Source of the DNA: Paraspadella gotoi
Lineage: Eukaryota; Animalia; Chaetognatha
Assembly (NCBI GenBank): GCA_051294375.1
Contig: CM119265.1
Location: 18,834,631 to 18,898,630, forward strand
DNA length: 64,000 bases
Direction of reading: 5' to 3'
The notes beneath the pieces are model-generated. The model saw nothing but the letters and a program-made list of their open reading frames with translations, was not told the DNA's origin and ran no database searches. The position numbers and the translations under genes were made by a program. Of this stretch, positions 63,352 to 64,000 are shown piece after piece (position 1 is the stretch's first letter; every line of letters starts with the position of its first letter).

Positions 63352-64000
63352 ATGTCCAGACTGGGGTTTAGATGTTTCATTGTAAACCTCAGAACGTTTA
63401 AAAAAGAATAAGAGTCAAAGTTACCGACATATTCGAAAAAGATATATAAAATTGCAAATTACTTGTTTCACTATATATTTGGACAGAGGTATTCGTAACT
63501 CATATTTAACATAATTTAACAAAGAATGAGCTAGATTACTAGATTTCATAGAATGTACTTTTTTACAGATTAAGAACGAAAATTTGTAAAAATGTAAACT
63601 TTGTCCCTCTCGTCATCCTCATGTTAATTTCCCAGAAAATAAGAGTAAATCCGCCCCAAAAATTGGTTTCTCTTTAATGATATTTTGTGTATTAGTTATG
63701 TGTTTTTCGTAGGTTCCTTTACTTGTAAAATTCACATATGTTTCTTTGTTTGTCTTGGCTATTATTTTTGACTAATTCCGTCATTATTTCTTTGTAACGA
63801 TGTTTATTTTTTTTTTTCTATCTCTTCATTCTTTATTTTTTATTTCTTTATTTTTTCATTCTTTTTTCTTTTCTAAACTTTCTTTCCTATACTGTAATTC
63901 TTACATTTTCCCTCATTTCTTTTCACCTTTCCAGATTGACCTCATTCCCCTCATTCTTCCGCTTTCGCCTAATGTAGTTTGGAGAGGTTTTATTGTGTGG
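63352..64000 (+). repeat. Further direct copy of ~39020-39730, starting right after a gap
   Basis: Shares ATGTCC.GACTGGGGTTTAGATGTTTC...GGAGAGGTTTTATTG with 39018-39725. Confidence 0.85.

Overview
Eukaryotic (invertebrate animal-like) draft scaffold, not prokaryotic: AT-rich introns, CpG-rich GT-AG exons, dense (AG)n microsatellites and many N-gaps. The ORF track is mostly noise, so I spliced genes by hand. Well-supported genes are a type-2 cystatin (548-1649 +), a 3-repeat PCDH15/Cad99C-like cadherin (3783-10562 +), an IGFBP+VWC secreted protein (11957-13341 -), a signal peptide-ShK-furin site-mini-collagen gene with two duplicated terminal exons (18796-21528 +), a SMYD SET/MYND methyltransferase (22992-26633 +) and a coiled-coil + H-type lectin protein (26989-29835 -). 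A candidate 73-aa gene carrying both PP1-docking motifs (RVxF, SILK) lies antisense in cadherin intron 2. Two TA-flanked MITE-like elements sit in introns. Positions 28.1-39.9 kb and 63.35-64 kb hold indel-rich direct and inverted copies of one ~4 kb unit, most likely an assembly or amplification artefact. The 40-64 kb part is gappy with only tentative exons. Family assignments come from motif recognition; no searches were run.
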